Translations under genes and position numbers: made by a program
Shown: positions 56,365-64,000 of the stretch, piece after piece
Layout: every line of letters starts with the position of its first letter
Position numbering within the stretch: position 1 is the stretch's first letter
Notes under the pieces: generated by a model
What the model was told of the DNA's origin: nothing
Seen by the model: the letters and a program-made list of their open reading frames with translations, nothing else
Databases searched by the model: none
Assembly: GCF_964204645.1 (NCBI RefSeq)
Contig: NC_134025.1
Span: 3,720,001-3,784,000 of the forward strand
Direction: 5' to 3'
Length of the DNA: 64,000 nucleotides
Source: Tubulanus polymorphus
Lineage: Eukaryota > Animalia > Nemertea

Positions 56365-57494
56365 ATGGTGACTTGGGAAAGATGTGTCAACGCTTTCGTT
56401 TTGTTACTTGTCTACCTTCTTTCAGATTTCGTAGCGGCGGGTAAGTTTATATTGTTAATTAAGTCCATAGCATGTAATGTTTCGATTTAATTATGTAAGC
56501 ATAAACGTTTACCTGTACGGCTAAATTAAATTTCCATTTGATATATAATATAACTTTAATAGGTCGTAAATTATCGACGGACTTTGTATTCCTTTGTATT
56601 GTTTTAAAAAAGCTAATGGCTGGATGATATTTCAGGATTGTCACTGCGATATTGTTACTCGTACTGTGATTCGGCTGGTTACTATAAGTCCGCGATTACA
56701 TGCAACTCCGCGCTTTCGTTCTGCTGCTGGAATTCCTTAAAAAGATCAAAATACTGTTGCAGCGACCTCACTTACATGATACATATTTCCAAAAATGTGA
56801 AGGGTGTCAAATCGTCATCGTGTCGTAGGTCAAGTAAAGCCTTGTGAGTATTAAATCAATTCTTAGTTAAGGAAAGAATAAAAATTCATTTGACAACATT
56901 TTACTGGACGAAAGACAAACTCGATAACTATGAAATCTAACAAATGAATTAATTGATTTCAGCGTTCCGTCGTGGACATGGATATCAGGAGGAGTGTTTT
57001 TATTGTTTTTCCTCGTCATGATGGTTATACTTCGTCGATACAGAGCACGGCGATTAATGCAACAACGTGTTCGAGGTACGCCCGTTTTAACACCCCAAAA
57101 ATCCGCGATATATTTTCAAAAACTTTGCTTATTGATATTCTATCTATTTGTAGAAATGGCCACAACTCAGGCGACGGTGCCTGATGCTAGTCAGCCAAAC
57201 AGCTACCCAGCTCAGATAAATCCATCCTTTACATCCTCATCAACAGCAGTGCATACTACTACTACTACTACCAGTATTGGAACTGTGGCACCATTTACCA
57301 CATCGACACAACAACCAGTTTTATATCCTCAACAGCCGTCTTATCCTTCACAGTTTCCGCAAAGTGACAATCCGCCTAACTATGATACAACCCCCGGTGA
57401 AATACCCAGTCTTCCCGCTTATACTGTTATTGACACACCACCACCGAGTTACGATACCATCTTCCCGACTGGTGGCCCAGTTCAGCAGAAGTAG
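56365..57494 (+). CDS. Shisa-like / WBP1-VOPP1-type single-pass membrane protein (about 245 aa)
   Basis: Exons: 56365-56440 (signal peptide MVTWERCVNAFVLLLVYLLSDFVAAG), 56636-56843 (Cys-rich CYSYCD..G...C...FCC...YCC), 56963-57075 (TM WISGGVFLLFFLVMMVIL followed by RRYRARR), 57154-57494 (Thr/Pro-rich tail with PPNY, LPAY, PPSY). Total 738 nt in frame. AATAAA at 57709 and 57738. Confidence 0.8.
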
Positions 57495-58589
57495 ACCTTC
57501 GAAGTAGTCCATGTACTTAAGATGATGGTCCAATATACATATATCCTACTGATGAATCCATGCATCATATATGTAAAACAAATCTTTTCTACAATCCCAC
57601 AGTATCCTGACCCCCCTCGAGAAATCAATGGATCCTTTTTATTGTCGAACGCATTTTATGACCGACGTATTGTGATTTTATTAATGTAAACTCATTGCTT
57701 AGAATTCAAATAAACATGACGTTTTATATTTGTACCTAATAAAAGTCGTTAACTTGTCAATCTTAACATGGATAGATTCGACGTTTTCTTTTTATGTTTG
57801 GCTCCAAAATTATAGAGGTTATGCACAATGCCACTTATGTCCGATACATGCATCATATAAAGGCAGTAAACTGTGGATAGTCGCTACGGCCAATGTTACG
57901 TCATTTGAATAATTCAGTACAGTAACGATTGTGAGTAGAGAATTCTTAGTATTTTTTGTCCAATAAGCGTGTTACATCTTTACTTCAATATTCAACTCCG
58001 AATTTCCGTGGATCTTATTTCGTCGCCCGAAAGACTCCGAAAACAAATTCAAACAAACTCAGTATAATTTAAGGCGATAAACAAGTATATATTATCAGAG
58101 ATACATTCATAAATAAAGTCTGCTCATGAACAAATTCTGTCCCCGTTTTCAATTACGACATCTTTTCGGAAGTCAAAGGATAAACAGCGTTCTTCAAACG
58201 CTTTCATAAGTGTTTAGATAAGAAGAAATTTTTCAACGTAATACGTAGAATCAAATAAACATGATTTCCGTTCTGAACAAGAACTACATGTGATTACATA
58301 ATAATATAAAGAATATGCAAAATACATGTATAACTTGAAAAACTGTTAATAATACATAAAATATTTCATATGAATAACATGCACTTCAAGCGAATGACGA
58401 GATATAACTCAAAATTCAAATGAACCCCAACACCAAAATATCCTATCAAAGATATACTTCTCATATCAATTCCATTTTCACATGGAATATTGTACAGAAT
58501 AGGAACCGGTTCAGACATAATTATTCATTTCATCAACACATTATATTGTAAATGTTTACCAATCGCGCACACGTTTTGTTGTTTCTAAT

Positions 58590-58704
58590 CTGGGGTCAGT
58601 TTTATAGACTGGTATTAACTTTTTCCCGGGGGCTAACTCAATTCATTTTCAGTCAAGTTAAGCCCCGGGATAAAGATAGTACCAGTCCATAAAACCGGGC
58701 CCAG
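58590..58704. mobile_element. Palindromic MITE (PIF/Harbinger-like ends) downstream of the convertase stop codon
   Basis: CTGGGGTCAGTTTTATAGACTGGTATTAACTTTTTCCCGGGGGCTAACT pairs with AGTTAAGCCCCGGGATAAAGATAGTACCAGTCCATAAAACCGGGCCCAG. Arms are about 49 bp and imperfect, with CWG ends. Confidence 0.7.
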
Positions 58705-59011
58705 GATACAATGAAGCAAGAATACCACACAGAAAGGGGACAACTAATACGGAATATGGGTGTCTGTAATGTAATATATGCAGCAAATTGACTAGTGAGA
58801 AATTACAATGTACAATTTAAGAATCTGTGACAGCAATTTCAGGAACCATCACGCAAGAAACAATACAGCAATTTACAATCATCCTGCTATCAAAGTTAAG
58901 TAGATTTTTCCAGGAAATAGTTTAATTGGATTTGGAATGTTTCATCTGACTGGAATGAGCCTCAGCAAAAAAGTCAATCAACAACGGATGTAAGTTTACA
59001 TTATTAAATAT

Positions 59012-62000
59012 CTAGATTTCTCCTTTTGCCCTTAAAACCTCGTGGATTAGATCAAACAAATGCCTGATAGCCCTCACGAGATCATCATTAGTATATCGGA
59101 GCTCTTTAAATCTTGTTTTGGCTTTCTCTATTGTTTCAGGAGAAGCTATCAGATCTAACAATTGCTGAGCGGTTTCTTTATTTATTACAGCTGGATTCTC
59201 CTTCGACCCAGACAACAAGCTACCTAGAAAATGTTCTTTATCTTTCAATTCATCCTCACTAGATGAACCTACTTGTTTTCGATTAGAATTATCTTTACTT
59301 TTAACAACATTATCAACCACTGATTCAATATTTGTAGCAGTATTTCTAGATTTTGCGCGTGCTTCAGTCAGTAATTCCTGAAACTTTCGGGAACTCAGAC
59401 CCATCAACCGATCGTATGAAGCCGATATTTCATTAAATCGTTTTTCTTTCTCAACATCAACGCTGTCTTCATCGACAGCCTGAATTTTGACCGAACGTGA
59501 AAGTCTGGCTTCTCGCACCATCAGATATAAAAGATCAACCGCCTTCAGATTTTCGCGCGGTTCTCCACGTTTCATAGTTTTTGCCTGATCAGTGTTCTCT
59601 GGATTTTCGGCCACTCCATAAAGGATCAAAGACCAATTCTTCAAAGTGCCGACATTCTCTGAATTTCCGGAAGCTGGAATATCTGTAACGTTCAGTGTCC
59701 AAGTGCCCTTTGCCGTCTCTCCCCAGAAATGTACACTCATGAATGTGAAATGAATACCCATGTCGTTATTATCACGATAACGAGTGAACAAAATTGTGGA
59801 TGTCGTTCCGGTTGGAGATGTCAACTGAAGCTGCACGTCACCCCTTCGAGTATGATCAAGATCAATCTTCACCTCAACATGCTCTAACTTTCCGACATTG
59901 ACAGATTTATTAGTTTCACAGCCATCTGTTGTTATGGTGGAAATAACAGATCCCTTACTTTTCAGGTGCCTGAAAATAAGGAAGCTCACTATTAAGGAGC
60001 AATTCTATCATCATTCAATCAGTAAGACTGATGAAGTCATATGTACTTACTTGTTCTCTTCGTTTTGAGGTGTTTTACAAATGTGTAGCTCGGGAACAGT
60101 CTTCCATTTCTGAGCTAACTCAACAAGGCGCCCGCAATCCAGGACACCGAAACCAAAATCGTGGCTGAAGTGATAACCAGCACCATTGACCAACCAAGAT
60201 TTTGCTCCAACATATGGAATACGTGATGACCTAACGACTAGGTTTTGCACATCTCGCCGTGTCAATTTTGGACTGAAATAGAAAATTCATTCAATGAAAT
60301 TGTTGTTGCTGAAGCGAAAGTTCGCATAATTTCTACATTGTTCAGAGAAGTCACTTACTTTGCTTCTAATGCAAGAGCGAAGCATCCTGCAGCAATTGGC
60401 GCCGCGCTTGAAGTCCCCGAAAAATGATTACTGCAGCCATTGAACCAATCAGTGGTTACCTGGAAATAATTCCAATTAAGAATGATGAGAATCGAAGCAG
60501 TGCTGCTACAATAGGCTCGGTTTGCCTCGGATCAGGTGGGACCAATAAATTATCATTTGAGGCAGTCGAAAAACAAGGCAAACAGTGACAATGGGTCATC
60601 ATCAAATGAATTTCAGTAGAAAAACATTTAAAATCTTTTTAATCAGAGGTAAACATCTCTGTGGCAAGCGGACGAAGTCAGCTACTTTTGATATCGCTAC
60701 AATCTTGGCGAAATTACTTGACATATAATTACAGATATGAGAAATAAGTTATCAATGACCTACCACTCCAGTACGTTTATCTCCACCTGGACTCTTCGTA
60801 TAAACTGACGTCAGAACCGAGGCGCAGTGTTCACCGAAGCTCGGTAATTTTCCTTCACCATCAACAGCACCGATATTAATCACATTAGTATTCGATACGT
60901 AACCGTCAGCATTGCAACAGTCACCATTCCCACCTCCGTTACCAGATGCGAAGACAACTAAAGTGCCGAGACCATTCCGACCCTGAATATATGAATTAGA
61001 AACATCAATAACTTTCCCTTAACGTGTTTGCTGCCATTGTGCTAATACATACTCCTTTTAAGTTATCTCATAGATAATAGAACTTGTACGTAGTCAGCCA
61101 TTTTTTCAAAACTGACCATATGAGCTTTGAGAATGAAGCTGAGTTTGTTAGCATTATCAGCCAATCAGGAACTCTATTACTATTCCTGAGTTCAATTATC
61201 TAGCAGTGAATTAGAAGGATCTGCTAGGAGATAACTCATAGTGATGGAAGTTCGAGATATCTCAAGGTGACCACCAAAATGTGTTAAAAGTTTTCATGGT
61301 TTTGAGATATTCGGGACAACAATCAATATCATTACCTTAGTAGCAATCTCATTCAATGCTAAATGAACGTAGCGTCGAGGTCCTTCCATCTTCATGCCAT
61401 CATCCCGCGGTCCCCAAGAGGCTGTTTTAATATCGATATAATGACTCTGAAACAGTAGCGCTTCTGCCTCTAACAAATCCGTTACTCTACCATCGAGCAT
61501 TCGAACACCTTCAAACGAAATATGTCGCAATCAAATAAACCATACATCTTAATAAAGCTATAATTACGATTTTTCATGGATTTTGAAGGATTTGTTACGT
61601 ACCACCAATATTTGCATTATAGGCTATTCCAACACCACAGAAACTATTATTGGCAGTAGCAGCAATTTCACCACCACACATTGTACCATGACTACAGAAC
61701 AGATAAACAATGACACTGATTCTTCTTAGAATGATGTGATATTTGAATCGGAGATACTAAGGTTGTCTAATGATTGAGCCAAATATTCTAATGGAATGGG
61801 ATTTTTACAACACAACATGAACTATTGATGACACGAGGATAATTTCACCGTAGAACTATCATCTAACACCAAAGGAAAATCCCACCAAATGAAGGAAAAT
61901 GGTAGCAACGAAAATGTTGAAGAAAACATCTTAATTCAACCAAAAAAACAAACAAAAAATACTAGGAGGGAGATCTAAAAACTGATATTCTACCATGAAT

Positions 62001-63690
62001 CAATAAAATACAAGCAATGATAAATACAATATGTACTAAAAGCACACTATACAACTTACCTCAATATCTAAGGCAGCTAAATAGAAATGATCCATTGATA
62101 AAGAATGTATACATACATATATTTTGCCAAGGTTAATTTGATATTATACTCATTGAAATCACTTACTCATTGCCTGGTACTGATGAATTCGGAATTGGAT
62201 CATGATCATTTATATCTGGACTATTCAAATCATCGCTGGCTTTAGGATCCTAGAAAAGTAAGAAACAAATGTCAGGCATGAAAAAACATAAACAACTGTA
62301 ATCTCGAAAATAAAATCCTCCTCAAATACCAAGAAGTTTGGTTTACAAAGGCATGCGAGTAGTGTCTATAATTGAATAGAAAAAAAAAGCCGAGAGGTTT
62401 GACACTTCGACTCAATGAGACAATTTCAAAATTGTTTTGAAAATGACTCGTAGAATTGTATCGAGTCGAAATGTCACTACTCTCTTAGTCTTAGATTTTC
62501 TTCATAATTGTATTTTTCTTATTAAGAAGTTCACAAGCTTACATAATTAGTTTTAAGGTCTGTATTCCTATGATCTAATCCATCATCAATCACCGTTACA
62601 ACCACGCCCTTTCCAGTTATACCCTGTTTCCAGATCGGTGCGATGTTGAGATCATGCGTTCCCGTTAAAGAACGTTTCATTCTTTTGTTCACCTAAAATC
62701 AAACAATGAAACATAAGCCATGTTCAACTGAAGTTTATTTGGGTGATGAAGAAAATAATCTATGGAAATAAGAAGAAACTTAAGGAATCGAAGAGACAAT
62801 TTCTTATACAAATACTTACAAGATACATCTGATTTTTGAATTGAGGATCATTAAAATTTAAATCTACGGGTTTCAATTTTACAGCAGACTTAGGTTTGGT
62901 ATCAACTGGCTGTGGTTTTGATTCTGCTAATTCCTCTAATCTATTTTTCACAGCGCGAAGCTTGTCTAAAACCGATTGCGCTTTTTTATAAGCGTCATCT
63001 TCTTTTTCCGGTTCTATCGCAGTAGATCGCTTGACCCGGTCGAGAGACACTTGCTGTTCTACGAAAGTAACCTGGAAATAAAAGAGATCGAGTTAAAATA
63101 GAAAAGTTAAAAGATTAGAAAGTAATAGGATATTTTTTGGTAAATTAAGTACAAGATTCATCGGCAAAGTCTAAATAGTGTTATGTTAATTATAATATTA
63201 ATTTTAATTACAGCATTATTTTGTAATGTATATATTTTCATGTATAGACAAATTATTCAGAAAATAAATATGAACTCACATGTGGATCTTCATTTAACAA
63301 TGAAATAAAATCTTCAGCACTTCGTCTTGAACGTTTGTTTACTGCATTATGTTGAAAATGATAGACGTTATCCAAGAATGCAGACATCTACAAAGAAACG
63401 ATAATTAAACATTTTTTCATTAACTTTTTATAAGAAATGAACATCGTTACAACGATTTATTCCATTCAGATGTCAGATACTGTCAGATGAGAATCTTTGC
63501 TTACCCTTCTTACGACTTTAAAACCATGCGTCCCTGCAACCAAATCAGCAACCATATCATCCCCTCTTTCTTGTAGTTCCACAGCGAAGTCATTCGTATA
63601 ATCTAACCGTTCTTTTAAATGATTAGCTTTACTGCAGTCAATTACGAGCAAAAAACTCAAACAAATGAGAATCATACGACGTCCCATCAT
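59012..63690 (-). CDS. Kexin/furin-family proprotein convertase (S8B), divergent PC1/3-like architecture without Cys-rich or TM domain (about 846 aa, 11 coding exons)
   Basis: Exons 63505-63690, 63280-63387, 62820-63071, 62543-62692, 62167-62249, 61603-61691, 61336-61508, 60764-60982, 60359-60459, 60051-60272, 59012-59969 (2541 nt in frame). Has a signal peptide, a prodomain with KRSRR and RVKR, the triad VIDDG / DHGTMC / GTSSAAP, oxyanion ASGNGG, and a P domain with RRGD and FMSVHFWGE. Confidence 0.93.
62392..62484. mobile_element. Small degenerate MITE-like inverted repeat in a convertase intron
   Basis: GAGAGGTTTGACACTTCGACTCAAT and ATCGAGTCGAAATGTCACTACTCTC are imperfect inverted arms of about 25 bp. 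Confidence 0.5.
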
Positions 63691-64000
63691 AAAAAGAAGT
63701 CTAAAAATTGAAAAAGTATAAACTACAATTTTCCCAAGTCGGCAGTATCTACTGTCTTACTGTGGTGGGCAATGCTGCAAGCCTAAGCCGAATCCAAAAC
63801 AGACACTCGTCTCGACAGGGGACAGGACGGACAGAGTCATGACACCACCAAAATTACAGCTAACAAAGTATAAAGCACTCACGTTTGTCTATTGCTGCTA
63901 TTACGCCACAGGTCACGAATCTTTCTATTGTCACCACAAACAATCCATGTTGACAACGCCTGTTAATTACACGAATTAACACCAACAACACATCTGGAAA

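Noticed and set aside
60764-60982. Assignment of the convertase as PC2 or furin
   Set aside because: The oxyanion residue is Asn, whereas PC2 has Asp, and there is no Cys-rich or TM region as in furin. The gene symbol was left blank.
1-64000. Prokaryotic systems (CRISPR arrays, operons, defence loci) and autonomous transposon ORFs
   Set aside because: The sequence is intron-rich animal DNA. I saw no regularly spaced repeat-spacer array and no transposase or reverse transcriptase motifs.

Overview
AT-rich eukaryotic (animal, probably invertebrate) genomic DNA with GT-AG spliced genes. I found no prokaryotic features, CRISPR arrays, rRNA or tRNA. All gene models below were spliced by hand. (1) A minus-strand 19-exon gene at 28174-55580 (about 1622 aa) is an ARHGAP20/TAGAP-type PH-RA-RhoGAP protein. 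It is extended at the N-terminus, in frame, by a Raf-like Ras-binding domain and a complete DH (RhoGEF) domain. A 15-kb intron splits the DH domain and holds candidate alternative first exons. (2) A plus-strand 4-exon Shisa-like/WBP1-type single-pass membrane protein at 56365-57494 lies head-to-head with gene 1. (3) A minus-strand 11-exon divergent kexin/furin-family proprotein convertase lies at 59012-63690. (4) A probable signal-peptide exon of an ionotropic glutamate receptor lies at 5940-6036 on the minus strand, and that gene probably continues beyond the left edge. About 6.3-26.7 kb looks non-coding. The window also has microsatellites, MITE-like hairpins and a foldback element with a hammerhead-like core. 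The most notable result is the RBD-DH-PH-RA-RhoGAP architecture with possible GEF-less isoforms; whether it is novel needs a database check.
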